40,507 nt of DNA. Origin: Actinomycetota bacterium (lineage in GTDB: Bacteria; Actinomycetota; Acidimicrobiia; IMCC26256; VFJJ01). The position numbers and the translations under genes were made by a program. Every line of letters begins with the position of its first letter. Position 1 is the first letter of the stretch. Shown here in pieces: positions 8,422-18,345 of the stretch. The notes under the pieces were generated by a model. That model worked only from the letters and a program-made list of their open reading frames with translations. It was not told the DNA's origin and made no database searches. The stretch covers positions 1-40,507 of the forward strand of contig VFJJ01000080.1 of assembly GCA_009886115.1 (NCBI GenBank), given 5' to 3'.

Positions 8422-8976
8422 TCAGCGGCGGTGCTCGGGAAAGTAGTGCTGCAGCTCGATGTGCTGGCCGATCGTGAGGAAGCCGGCGGCCACGACGTCG
8501 GTGTGGACGAACGCCTGCACGAAGGTGTCGCCGAACGAGCCCGGGTCGCCCGGGCGGAACACGGCCCGGACACCGATGCGGCCCTCGAGCTCGGGATGGT
8601 TGTCGCCAGCGTCGGCGATCCGGACGACGGTCGCCTCCCACGAGTCGAGCGCTGCGAATCCGATGCCGAAGTGGAAGGCTCGCTGGGGCGCCCGGGCGAG
8701 CAGCTCGAGGTACGACCTCCCGGCGTCGCCGTCCAGCGACCCGGCCAGGGCCTGCTCGAAGCCCCACTGCTCGGGCGTCACCTCGGACGCATAGATCGCG
8801 TTGTCGAGGAAATCACCGGTGCCCGGATCGACTCGGACCGACAGGAAGGGCCCGCCGCTGTCACGGTGCTCGCAGCCCAGGAGCTCGAACACCAGCTTGG
8901 CCAGCTCGCGTTCGCCCGGGCGGTACACCATCTCGACGTGGTTGAGCATCCGGTCGGCCGTCACCGAGATCGCCAT
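8422..8976 (-). CDS. VOC-like hypothetical protein
   Basis: LNHVEMVY...FELLG...FHFGI...IELQ pattern; coding-like codon usage; co-oriented with neighbours. Confidence 0.6.
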   Translation of the reverse strand: MAISVTADRMLNHVEMVYRPGERELAKLVFELLGCEHRDSGGPFLSVRVDPGTGDFLDNAIYASEVTPEQWGFEQALAGSLDGDAGRSYLELLARAPQRAFHFGIGFAALDSWEATVVRIADAGDNHPELEGRIGVRAVFRPGDPGSFGDTFVQAFVHTDVVAAGFLTIGQHIELQHYFPEHRR

Positions 8977-9056
8977 GGTCGCTCCCTGTCACGTCGGCTC
9001 GCGCGGCCACGGTGGTTGCCGGGTGCGTGACCTGCGTCCAGATTGGCACCTGCGGG

Positions 9057-10613
9057 TCACGCCCCGCCATCGACGTGGGTCTGCAGCGCCTCGAAGCGCT
9101 GTCGCACCAAGGCCTTCTGGACCTTCTGGGTCGCACCGGCCTTGGGGAGCTCATCGACGAACATCACGTGCCCGGGCTTCTTGTACGACGCCAGTCGGGC
9201 TGCGCAGTGCTCGACCACCACCCGGGCCGTCACCCGTCCGACGGCCTCCGGGGAGAGGATCACCGCGGCCAGCGCGGCCTCACCCCAGCGGGCGTCGGGT
9301 ACGCCCACCACGGAAACCTCGAGGACCCCGACGATCTCGAGGATCGCCCGCTCGAGCTCCGTCGGGAAGATCGACTCGCCGCCCGAGCGGATGACCTCCT
9401 TGAGCCGTCCGCAGATGTACAAGAAGCCGTCATCATCGGCGGTGGCCAGGTCACCGGTGTGATACCAGCCGTCGCGGAGGACGTGGGCGGTCTCCTCAGG
9501 ATTCTCGAAGTACTCCGAGAGCAGGTAGTCGTTGCGCACCACCAGCTCACCGGCTTCCCCGTGTGCCACCTCGCGACCCGTCGTCGGGTCGAGGAGGCGG
9601 ACGTCGACCCCGATCGGCGCCCGCCCGATCGACGATGGGCGCCGGCGCGATTCCTCGGCCGGCAGGATCGTGCACGGTCCGGCCTCCGAGGAGCCGTAGT
9701 GGATACGGATGCCGTCGACCCCGAAGGCGGCGCAGGCGTCCTCGACGTCGGCGCGGCTCATGGCTGACGTACCGCTGTCGAGGTGCACCAACGACGAGAG
9801 GTCGTGGCGATCCAGGTCCGGGAGCGCGACGACCGACCGCAGCATCTCGGGAATGGCGTAGAACTGCGTGCAGCGCTCCTGCGCGATGGCCTGGGCGATC
9901 TCGTCGGGCGCCGCCCGAGCCAGCAACACCACCGTCGCCCGGTTGCGCCAGAAGCTCAAGCTCAGTGCCCAGCCCGACATGTGGAACCAGGGGAACGCCA
10001 CCAGGCCGATGTCGTCCTCTCCCGTCCCACGGGCGCTCATCACGGGTTGCGCCGTCTGGAGCACGTAGTCGCGGTGCGAGTGCACGGCGCCCTTGGGAGC
10101 GCCCGTGGTCCCGCTCGTGAAGAAGATCACATGCGGATCGGTCTCGGCCACCGGGAACGTGGGCTCTTCGCTCGACTGCCCGGACAACAACGCCTCGTGC
10201 TCATCGGTGCCGAACACGGTGATGAGCGCCATGTCAGGCGCCGTGGCCCGAAGGGTCGGCAGCATGTCGATGAACGAGGCGTCGACGACGAGCGCGCGGG
10301 GTCGACACGCCTGCAGTGCCGCAACGACCTCGTCCGACCGGAACCGGGCGTTGATCGGGACCACGACCGCGCCCCGTTTGAGCGACCCGAAGAACACCGC
10401 GCCCCACTCGGTGTTGTTGAACATGAGCACGGCCACCCGGTCGCCCCGCTCGACACCACGCGCCGCCAAGAGGCGTGCGAAACGGTTGGCCCGAGCATTC
10501 AGCTCACCGAAGGTGACCACCTGGCGCTCTGGTCCATCGCGATAGATGGTGGCCGGGCGGTCGGGAACCACCGCCGCGGCCCGTCGGAGCATCTCACCGA
10601 GTACCAGGGCCAT
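9057..10613 (-). CDS. Acyl-CoA synthetase (class I adenylate-forming enzyme)
   Basis: FTSGTTGAPKG P-loop, YGSSEAG, WYHTGD, GRLKEVIRSGGE and terminal Lys motif. Confidence 0.93.
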   Translation of the reverse strand: MALVLGEMLRRAAAVVPDRPATIYRDGPERQVVTFGELNARANRFARLLAARGVERGDRVAVLMFNNTEWGAVFFGSLKRGAVVVPINARFRSDEVVAALQACRPRALVVDASFIDMLPTLRATAPDMALITVFGTDEHEALLSGQSSEEPTFPVAETDPHVIFFTSGTTGAPKGAVHSHRDYVLQTAQPVMSARGTGEDDIGLVAFPWFHMSGWALSLSFWRNRATVVLLARAAPDEIAQAIAQERCTQFYAIPEMLRSVVALPDLDRHDLSSLVHLDSGTSAMSRADVEDACAAFGVDGIRIHYGSSEAGPCTILPAEESRRRPSSIGRAPIGVDVRLLDPTTGREVAHGEAGELVVRNDYLLSEYFENPEETAHVLRDGWYHTGDLATADDDGFLYICGRLKEVIRSGGESIFPTELERAILEIVGVLEVSVVGVPDARWGEAALAAVILSPEAVGRVTARVVVEHCAARLASYKKPGHVMFVDELPKAGATQKVQKALVRQRFEALQTHVDGGA

Positions 10614-10691
10614 GCCGGGGAGTCTGCGAGGGGCGACGACCGTTTGTCGACCTGCCAGCGTTCCGGTGCTTGACGACCCCCGTGCCGGGGC

Positions 10692-12437
10692 TCAACCGTC
10701 GGCTGGCAGAGGTGGGGGCGGCGGCGGAAGCGGGACGATCGTCGTGGTCGTCGGCGCCAACGTCGTCGTGGTCGTCGGCGCCAACGTCGTCGTGGTCGTC
10801 GGCGCCAACGTCGTCGGGGTCGTGGGTCGCTGGCGGCGGGTGGTGGTGGTCGTGGGCACCAACGTCGTCGTGGTCGTCGCAGGCGACGTGGTGGACGTGG
10901 TCGGCGCCACACCGGTCGTCGTCGAGGTGGCCCTCGGCGACGTGGTGACGACCTGCGGCGTGGTCACGATCGTCGTCGTCGAGGTCGTCACGGTGGGCGT
11001 CGACCGGGTGACCGTGGTGGTCTCCGGGCCCGTGGTGGAGGTGACGTCGACCACGGGTGCTGGCGGCGCAGCAACGGTCGGCGGGACCACGCGCACCCGC
11101 GGTCGAGTGGTCGTGACCGGGATCGTCGTCGTGGGGGCCGGGGTGGGGGTCGCAGCGCGAGCCGACTGCGACAAGGTGACGTCGGGCGAGGTTGTGGCGC
11201 GATCGGTCGACTCCACGGGATCGGTGTTGCCGTCTCCGCTCCCGTCGGGTGGGACGGCCTCCGTGGCGACCGGGGCCGAGGAACTCCCGACGACCTCGAT
11301 CTCGAGGCTCGAGATGTCGGTGCTCGAATCGGGGTCGGCGTTGCTCGTGCGAGCCGCCAGGACCACGCCCAGGCTGGCGCTGGTTCCGACCAGCACCAGC
11401 ATCGCGGCTGCCGCCCACCGACGTCGCGGTCGACGCACCGAGAAACCCGGGAGCACAGTCGATGCGCTTCGCGCCGACCGGCTGGCGACGAGACCCGCGG
11501 CTCGCCGTCGCCCGGGCGGCGACACGTCGATGAGGCTCGCACCCGCTCTGGCCCCGCCATGGTCGCCGGTTCCGTCGACGGCTTCTGTCTCGCCCACGGC
11601 CGGGATCGGCGTCCCCGCACCCGACGCCCCCGCACCCGATGACCCCGCACCTGACGAGCCGGCGGCACGGGCGACCGCGCCCCCGGAACGTGCTGCCTTG
11701 ACCGCCTTGACGTAAGGCCGAACGGCCGAAGCCGTCCCCAACGCGAGCTGGGCAACGCTGCGAGCCAGAGCTCGGGGGATGTCGCTCACGTCGCTCGAGG
11801 CTCGCTGACATGGCGCGCATTCGACGACGTGGGCCTCGACCAGCTCGACCTGTTGACGCGACAAGGCCTCGCGAGTGAAGGCCGGCAACAGGGCCGCGAT
11901 CTCGGTGCAGGCGTCTGGGCAGCCATCTTGATAGTCGCGGATGTACGCCTGGCGAAACGCCTCACGGGCACGACCGACCAACGGGTCGACGGCACGGGCG
12001 TCAAGCCCGACATGGCAGGCAACCTCGACGGCGGCGGCGCCCTCCACGTCGGCGTGCCACAAGGCGGTCTGCCAACGTTGCGACAACGTGGCCAACGCTC
12101 GGGTCGCCCGCTCAGCCGAAGGATCCAGCCGGCGGGCCGCGGGCCGGCGGCGGATCCGGTGCTCGTCGGCGAGAGCGCGAACGATGCCGAGGGCGAACGG
12201 GCGAAACGCGGAGGCGACCTCGAGCTCGTGCCGGACACCGGCAGCGATGCGGCGCTCCAACTCGGGGAGGCACCCGGGAGCATCGACCCCCTCGGGGAGC
12301 ACCTGACGGAGGTAGAGGAGCAGGGCCGGCTGATGCCGGAAGAGCAAGACCCCCAAGGCATCGGGGTCGCCCGAGCGGGCTGCGGCGACGAGCGCCGGGT
12401 CGGATGTTGGATGCAGCTCGTCAGGCATCCCGGTCAT
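10692..12437 (-). CDS. ECF sigma factor fused to ZAS-type zinc finger, TM helix and Thr/Pro-rich tail
   Basis: SDPALVAAARSGD (region 1.2/2); ALATLSQRWQTALW...EVACHVGL...RAREAFR (region 4); HVVECAPC (Hx3Cx2C); TM AAAAMLVLVGTSASLGVVLAA; T-rich C-terminus. Start at ATG 12437, which follows TACCAT-N6. Confidence 0.78.
   Translation of the reverse strand: MTGMPDELHPTSDPALVAAARSGDPDALGVLLFRHQPALLLYLRQVLPEGVDAPGCLPELERRIAAGVRHELEVASAFRPFALGIVRALADEHRIRRRPAARRLDPSAERATRALATLSQRWQTALWHADVEGAAAVEVACHVGLDARAVDPLVGRAREAFRQAYIRDYQDGCPDACTEIAALLPAFTREALSRQQVELVEAHVVECAPCQRASSDVSDIPRALARSVAQLALGTASAVRPYVKAVKAARSGGAVARAAGSSGAGSSGAGASGAGTPIPAVGETEAVDGTGDHGGARAGASLIDVSPPGRRRAAGLVASRSARSASTVLPGFSVRRPRRRWAAAAMLVLVGTSASLGVVLAARTSNADPDSSTDISSLEIEVVGSSSAPVATEAVPPDGSGDGNTDPVESTDRATTSPDVTLSQSARAATPTPAPTTTIPVTTTRPRVRVVPPTVAAPPAPVVDVTSTTGPETTTVTRSTPTVTTSTTTIVTTPQVVTTSPRATSTTTGVAPTTSTTSPATTTTTLVPTTTTTRRQRPTTPTTLAPTTTTTLAPTTTTTLAPTTTTIVPLPPPPPPLPADG
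10741..10816. repeat. 24-bp coding tandem repeat (LAPTTTTT x3)
   Basis: GTCGTCGTGGTCGTCGGCGCCAAC repeated about three times. Confidence 0.85.
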
Positions 12438-12547
12438 GGCTGCATGGTAGCCCTCGCGACCCGTCGAGCGCACTGCGTGAGTGTTCTTCTGCCCAGCGCC
12501 CACCCTCCGCGCCGAATCTCAGCGCTCTCAGGGCACGGAACGTGGCC

Positions 12548-14002
12548 TCACGCCTCGACGGCCGTCCCCACGAAGAAGTCGGGAGCCACTGCGGTGAGCA
12601 TGCTGCGAGGGTTGTCGTGAACGAAGGCTCGGAACTGCTCCTGGGTCAGCAGGCCGTCCTCGACGAGATCCCAGGCCTCGGCCAGGGTCGAGGCCATGTC
12701 GGTGACGTCCCAATGGCCGATGTCGGACGAGAAGATGGGGCGCAAGGTCTTGGGCAGCGCGGGTGAGAAGGCGAACGCCAAGGTGCGGTCGTCGGCCTCG
12801 CAGCCGAAGTAGAAGTGGTCGGCGAACAGCGACACGAGCTCGTGCTCGTCGGCGGCGTCGACGAAGCGCCAGTCGTCGAGATGGGCGGGAGGGGCACCGG
12901 TCGCGGGGAGCAGCCGGGCGTCGGCTTCCAGGTCCGCCCGATGGCGACCCTCGGGCACGAGGCCCTCGCCGTGCTTCTCGAGCAGGCCGACGAGCAGGCT
13001 CCAGTCGATCGCGTCGGGTGACAGCTCGTGGATCGCCGTCCCGTTGCGCTTCTCCCAATGCTCGACCATGTCGGTCATCAGGGTCGTGGCCCAGTTGACG
13101 CCGCACTCGAGGACGCCGATGGGCAGCTGCGGGAAACGCCGCGTCACGCCGCTCATGAACAGCGACTTGGCCTGGTGGTACATCTTCTCGGCCAAGGCCC
13201 CGATGTGGTTGTACGAGTAGCTCGTGGTCGAGGTGAAGTTGTTGGGCGCGATCTGGCCGATGCCGCCGTGGGCCGTGACGGCGAAGCCGAGGCGCTCGAA
13301 GGTGGCCCACACCGGGTCGTAGTCGTGGGTGCTGTCGAGGCCGAACGTGTCGAACCAATGGGTCTGGCCCGGCATCAGGAACGGCGATGCGTGCCCGGCC
13401 AGGGGCTCGGGGATGCGTCGGTAGACCCCCTCGGGGATCACCGCGACCTTGAGCCCCAAGGCCTTGGCGTGCTCGAGCTCGGCGATGGCCTCGGCCGGGG
13501 TGTGCATGGGAATGATGGCGGCCACGGTGAGGTGGCGAGCGAAGGGCCGATAGGTCTCGGCGTAGAAGGAGTTCCAGCCGCGACACAGCGCTTGGCGGAG
13601 CTCGTCGTCGTCGGGCGCGGCAGAGCCGAGCGACTTGCTGCCGTAGAGCACGGCGAAGTCGATGCCGAGCTCACCCATGCGCTCGACGAGGAGGCGGGGC
13701 AGGACGGCCGTCGCCAGATCGAGCGTGTTCCGAGCCGGCGTGGCCCACCAGGCAGACTGCGGGAGCCCGTGGCGCATGCGCTCGGCGGGAGACCCCGAGC
13801 CGAGGATTCGGGCCATCTCGGTGCCCCGCTGGCGGTACCGGTCGAACAGCGGCTGGCCCATCGCCTCGCGGAGGAACGGCTCGACCGCGGGCAGGTACTC
13901 CTGGACATGACCGTCGCAGTCGATGACCGGATGCGTCAGCTGCTCGCGCACGGATTGGGAACGCGATGCCTCGCCGGGCTCGCGCATCGGCCTTCGGGTC
14001 AT
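12548..14002 (-). CDS. Amidohydrolase family protein (amidohydro_2-like)
   Basis: IDCDGHVQE, VTAHGG, LECGVNW, YFGCEADD and FSSDIGHWD motifs. Confidence 0.85.
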   Translation of the reverse strand: MTRRPMREPGEASRSQSVREQLTHPVIDCDGHVQEYLPAVEPFLREAMGQPLFDRYRQRGTEMARILGSGSPAERMRHGLPQSAWWATPARNTLDLATAVLPRLLVERMGELGIDFAVLYGSKSLGSAAPDDDELRQALCRGWNSFYAETYRPFARHLTVAAIIPMHTPAEAIAELEHAKALGLKVAVIPEGVYRRIPEPLAGHASPFLMPGQTHWFDTFGLDSTHDYDPVWATFERLGFAVTAHGGIGQIAPNNFTSTTSYSYNHIGALAEKMYHQAKSLFMSGVTRRFPQLPIGVLECGVNWATTLMTDMVEHWEKRNGTAIHELSPDAIDWSLLVGLLEKHGEGLVPEGRHRADLEADARLLPATGAPPAHLDDWRFVDAADEHELVSLFADHFYFGCEADDRTLAFAFSPALPKTLRPIFSSDIGHWDVTDMASTLAEAWDLVEDGLLTQEQFRAFVHDNPRSMLTAVAPDFFVGTAVEA

Positions 14003-14084
14003 GGTTTCCCCATCTTCTCGGAACGAGCGACCACGTCGGCGCCGGCGAAGTCGGCGCGAGCGGCGGGACGGCAGGATCGCGGGC

Positions 14085-14927
14085 TCAGCTCGCGACGTTG
14101 CCGGCGTTGGGCTTGATCATCGCGCCGGCGTCGACGATCAACGTGTGCCCGGTGACCCACATGGCGTCGCTCGAGAGCAGGTACACCACCGCCGGCGTTG
14201 TCGATTCCTCGGGCTTCACCAAGCCGGCGCCGAGCAGGTCCATCCCGTCGAACTGGCTGAACATGTCGGCCCGGGTGAGCCCGTTGGCCTCGGCGAACGA
14301 GTCGACCATCGGCGAGTCGACCGCACCGGGACAGATCATGTTCACCCGGATGCCGTAGGGGCCGAGCTCGTTGGCGAGACCCTTGCCGAGGCCGATCACG
14401 CCGTGCTTGGCCGCTCCGTACGACGTGAGCCACGGGAAGGTCATGAGGCCTGCGGTGCTCGACGTGAGCACGATGGCCCCGCCCCGTCCAGCCTTGATGA
14501 TCTCGGGCACAACGTACTTCACGGTGAGGAAGGTCCCGGTGAGGTTGACGGCGATGATGTCGTTCCAGTGCTCCTCGTCGGTGTTCCAGACCTCGCGGGT
14601 GAGCGGCATGGCGCCCTGCTGGGCCACGAGGTAGTTGATCGCGCCGAACCTGTCGAGCGTCTCGCTCACGCCGGCGCGCACCTGGGCCGAGTCGCGTACG
14701 TCGACGGTGACGGGGAGAGCCTCGCCACCCACGTCCTTCACGAGGCGCACCGTCTCGTCGAGGTCGTCGCGCGATGCCATGCGGTAGGGCGGGTTGGTGG
14801 TGGCGTCGTTGGCGATGTCCCACAACGCGACCCGGCAGCCTTCGCGGGCGAGCGCCACGGCGTGGCTGCGTCCCTGGCCCCGGGCCCCTCCGGTGATCAC
14901 CGCGACCTTCCCGTCGAACTTCCCCAC
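14085..14927 (-). CDS. SDR oxidoreductase, mycofactocin-coupled type
   Basis: ITGGARGQGRSHAVALA, the insertion DI-ANDATTNPPYRMASRDDL-DET, and YGAAKHG. Confidence 0.85.
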   Translation of the reverse strand: MGKFDGKVAVITGGARGQGRSHAVALAREGCRVALWDIANDATTNPPYRMASRDDLDETVRLVKDVGGEALPVTVDVRDSAQVRAGVSETLDRFGAINYLVAQQGAMPLTREVWNTDEEHWNDIIAVNLTGTFLTVKYVVPEIIKAGRGGAIVLTSSTAGLMTFPWLTSYGAAKHGVIGLGKGLANELGPYGIRVNMICPGAVDSPMVDSFAEANGLTRADMFSQFDGMDLLGAGLVKPEESTTPAVVYLLSSDAMWVTGHTLIVDAGAMIKPNAGNVAS

Positions 14928-15031
14928 GACCAGCCCTCCTCGCCCGTCCCCGAGCCGTTGGCGTCACCCGACCAGCGAGGCGTTCTACCACCTACTGGCG
15001 ACGGGAGGTACCTCGGTGGTAGGCACCGGGC

Positions 15032-15829
15032 ATGGCCGGATCGTTGGAGAGCAAGGTCGCGATCGTCACCGGAGCCGGTTCGGGGATCGGACGGGCTACG
15101 GCGCTGCGGACGGCCGAGGAGGGGGCGGCCGTTGTGGTGGCCGACCTGAACCTGGCCGGCGCCGAGGAGACCGTGGCCCTCGTCGAGGCCGCCGGGGGCC
15201 GCGCTTTCGCCGTCCGGGTCGACGTGTCGGTCGAGGCCGACGTGGCCCACATGGTGGCAGCGGCCGTCGACACCTTCGGCGCGCTGCATCTGCTCCACAA
15301 CAACGCCGCCGACGTGGGCATCGTGCCGCGCGATGTCGACGTCGTGAACCTCGAGGTCGAGGTCTGGGACCAGTCGATGGCCGTGAACCTGCGCGGACCC
15401 TTCCTCGGCTGCAAGCACGCCATCCCCCACATGCTGCGCGCCGGCGGTGGCGCGATCGTCAACACGTCCTCGACCGTAGGGCAGATCGGAGATCTGTCGC
15501 GGGTGGCGTACGGCGTCTCGAAGGCGGGCGTCGACTCACTCACCCGCCACGTGGCGACCATCCACGGCAAGCAGGGGATCCGCTGCAACGCCATCGCCCC
15601 GGGGCCGATCTTCACCCCGGCGCTCGAGGCGAACATCCCCAAGGAGCAGCTCGAGGTCTTCGTGGGCAACTTGGTCACCCCGTATGCGGGACAACCCCGC
15701 GACATCGCCGACATGGTGGTGTACCTGTTCAGCGATCAGGCCCGGTTCATCACCGGTCAGGTCATCAACGTCGACGGCGGCATGTGCATGCACACCCCCA
15801 CCTTCGGCGAGTTCACCAAGGGAGGATGA
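15032..15829 (+). CDS. SDR oxidoreductase
   Basis: TGAGSGIG, HNNAA, YGVSK, IRCNAIAPG. Confidence 0.93.
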   Translation: MAGSLESKVAIVTGAGSGIGRATALRTAEEGAAVVVADLNLAGAEETVALVEAAGGRAFAVRVDVSVEADVAHMVAAAVDTFGALHLLHNNAADVGIVPRDVDVVNLEVEVWDQSMAVNLRGPFLGCKHAIPHMLRAGGGAIVNTSSTVGQIGDLSRVAYGVSKAGVDSLTRHVATIHGKQGIRCNAIAPGPIFTPALEANIPKEQLEVFVGNLVTPYAGQPRDIADMVVYLFSDQARFITGQVINVDGGMCMHTPTFGEFTKGG

Positions 15830-15832
15830 GCC

Positions 15833-16654
15833 ATGGGACGGGTTTCGGGGAAGGTCGCCATCGTCACGGGCGGAGGCTCGGGGATCGGACGGGCCACCTG
15901 CGAGCTGTTCGCCCGAGAGGGCGCCGCCGTCGCGGTCGCCGACATCGATGAAGCCGCGGCCAAGGAGGTGGCCGATGGGATCGTCGCTGCAGGAGGTCGA
16001 GCACTGGCGGTCACGGTCGACGTCGGCTCCGAGGAATCGGTTGCCGCTATGGTGGCCACGACCGTGGAGGCCTTCGGGGCGTTGAACATCCTGTTCAACA
16101 ACGCGGCCGACACCAGCATGCACATGATGGTGAACGACGGACCGGTCCACACCATGGACGTCGACATCTGGGACCACGCGATGCGCGTCGACCTGCGCGG
16201 CGTGATGCTCGGCTGCAAGCACGCCATACCTCACATGATCGCGGGAGGGGGCGGGTCGATCGTCAACACGTCGTCGAACCAGTCCCTGGCCGGCGACATG
16301 AGCCAAACCGCCTACGCCGCGGCCAAGGCCGGTATCAACACGCTGTCGATGTCAGTGGCCACCGCGTACGGTCGCCAGGGGATCCGCTGCAACGTGGTCT
16401 CACCCGGGTTGATCTGGACACCCGCGTCGCAGCGGGCGTGCCCACAGGAAATCGTCGACGAGATCGTCAAGCACAGCTTGGTTCCCCGGGTGGGCCGACC
16501 CGACGACCTGGCCTTCACCGTGCTGTTCCTGGCCTCAGACGAGTCGTCGTACATCACCGGCCACGTCATCAAGGTCGATGGCGGCCAGCTCGCGCACCTC
16601 CCCCACTACGCGTTCATGAACGAGTCCGGCATGAAGACCACCCACCAGGAGTGA
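15833..16654 (+). CDS. SDR oxidoreductase (resembles the upstream SDR)
   Basis: TGGGSGIG, FNNAA, YAAAK; shares GCKHAIPHM and GIRCN with the preceding SDR; GGAGG SD. Confidence 0.93.
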   Translation: MGRVSGKVAIVTGGGSGIGRATCELFAREGAAVAVADIDEAAAKEVADGIVAAGGRALAVTVDVGSEESVAAMVATTVEAFGALNILFNNAADTSMHMMVNDGPVHTMDVDIWDHAMRVDLRGVMLGCKHAIPHMIAGGGGSIVNTSSNQSLAGDMSQTAYAAAKAGINTLSMSVATAYGRQGIRCNVVSPGLIWTPASQRACPQEIVDEIVKHSLVPRVGRPDDLAFTVLFLASDESSYITGHVIKVDGGQLAHLPHYAFMNESGMKTTHQE

Positions 16655-16656
16655 AC

Positions 16657-18345
16657 GTGACATCGAGAACCGGTGCGACGGGCCCCGTCCGGGAGGTCGT
16701 CCTCCGGGGCGCGTCCGTGGTCGACGGAACGGGGGGACCGGCCCGCCAGGTCGACGTGCACGTCGGGCACGACGGCCGCATCGCAAGGGTCGAGCCCGGC
16801 CTCACCGTTGCCGGCGCGCAGACCGTCGACCTCGGCGGGCTCGTGCTGGCTCCGGGCTTCATCGACCCGCACACCCACTACGACGCCCAGGTGCTCTGGG
16901 ACCCCGATCTCTCGCCGTCGTCGTGGCACGGCATCACCACGGTGATCATGGGGAACTGCGGGTTCGGGGTCGCACCGTGCCGACCCTCGGGGCGCGACAC
17001 CATCATGCGGACGCTCGAGAACGTCGAGGGCATGCCCCTGGCCGCCCTCGAAGCCGGTATCCCTTGGGACTTCGAGAGCTTTCCCGAGTATCTCGACGCC
17101 GTCGACCGTCGCCCGAAGCGGATCAACTGTGCCGTCATCGCCGGGCACACGCCGTTGCGGTTCTTCGTGATGGGCGACGATGCCACCGAGCGGGAAGCAA
17201 CGGTGGCCGAGCTTGCGGAGATGCGATCTTTACTGTCTGACTCGATGGCGGCTGGCGCCGTGGGGTTCTCGACGACACGATCGGCCGGCCACTACGGGGC
17301 CTGGGGTCGTCCGGTGCCGTCCCGGGCCGCATCGCTCGACGAGCTCTGGACGCTCTGCGGCGTCCTGGGCGAGCACGGCTGGGGAACCGTCGAGGCGGCG
17401 TGGGGGCCCGATTTCCACGTCGAGGAGGCGCCCCGCCTGGCTGCCGACATCGGCCGGCCGGTGTCGTGGGCGGCGATCATGACCCAGGCCTCGAAACCGT
17501 CGTACGCGCCAGACATCGCGGCCCGGGTGGCCGAGCTCGGCGGCGACGTGCACCCGCAGATCAGCTGCCGCCCGATCGTCGTGCAGATCGCCCTGAGTGA
17601 CCCGTTCCCGTTCGCGAACGTGCCGGCGTTCTCGGAGATACTGGCGCTCGCGCACGGCGAACGGGCATTGCTGTATGCGTCCGAATCGTGGAGGGCGCCC
17701 GCCCGGTCGTCGGTCCGCGAGCTCTGGGGCGCGATGCTCGAGACCGCGGTGGTGGCCGAGTCGGAGGTGCACCGCGATCTCGTCGACGGACCGACGTTGG
17801 GTGAGCTGGCTGCTCGTCGGGGCGTCGACACGCTCGACGCGATGGTCGACCTGGCGTTGGCCGAGGGATTGGCCACCCGTTTTCGAGTCACGATGATCAA
17901 CGACAGCGAGGACCAGATCGCGGCGTTGTTGCGCCAACCACGCCTGCTGCTCGGGCTCTCCGATGCCGGCGCCCACACCAGCCAGCTCTGTGACGCCAAC
18001 TACTCGACCTGGCTCCTGCAACGCTACGTGCGCGAGCGCGCCGACATCTCCCTCGAGCTCGCCGTCTGGAGGCTCACCGGCCACATCGCAACGGTGTACG
18101 GCCTCGCCGGTCGAGGCTTCATCGCCCCTGGGAACGTGGCCGACCTGGTGGCCTTCGACCCGGAGACCGTCGGGACCGCTCCGCTCCAACGGGTGAGAGA
18201 CTTCCCGGGCGGGGCCGACCGACTCGTCGCTCCGAGCACCGGGATCGAGCGGGTCTGGGTCGGAGGGCAACCCACCCGGCGCGATGGGCGCGAGATGGCG
18301 CTCGACGGACAGTATCCGGGGGTGCTGATACGCGGTGGTCGATGA
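16657..18345 (+). CDS. N-acyl-D-amino-acid deacylase family amidohydrolase
   Basis: VVDGTG, APGFIDPHTHYD, GITTVIMGNCG, SDAGAH, ADLVAFDP. Start is GTG 16651 or 16657, next to the upstream stop. Confidence 0.88.
   Translation: MTSRTGATGPVREVVLRGASVVDGTGGPARQVDVHVGHDGRIARVEPGLTVAGAQTVDLGGLVLAPGFIDPHTHYDAQVLWDPDLSPSSWHGITTVIMGNCGFGVAPCRPSGRDTIMRTLENVEGMPLAALEAGIPWDFESFPEYLDAVDRRPKRINCAVIAGHTPLRFFVMGDDATEREATVAELAEMRSLLSDSMAAGAVGFSTTRSAGHYGAWGRPVPSRAASLDELWTLCGVLGEHGWGTVEAAWGPDFHVEEAPRLAADIGRPVSWAAIMTQASKPSYAPDIAARVAELGGDVHPQISCRPIVVQIALSDPFPFANVPAFSEILALAHGERALLYASESWRAPARSSVRELWGAMLETAVVAESEVHRDLVDGPTLGELAARRGVDTLDAMVDLALAEGLATRFRVTMINDSEDQIAALLRQPRLLLGLSDAGAHTSQLCDANYSTWLLQRYVRERADISLELAVWRLTGHIATVYGLAGRGFIAPGNVADLVAFDPETVGTAPLQRVRDFPGGADRLVAPSTGIERVWVGGQPTRRDGREMALDGQYPGVLIRGGR

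Noticed and set aside
10546..11715. Valine-rich plus-strand ORF (VVVVGAN repeats)
   Set aside because: It is the antisense shadow of the Thr-rich tail of the ECF fusion protein.
14984..15021. Inverted repeat CTACCACC...GGTGGTAG between divergent SDRs as an operator
   Set aside because: Only 8-bp arms with a long spacer, no second copy and no adjacent regulator, so the support is insufficient.
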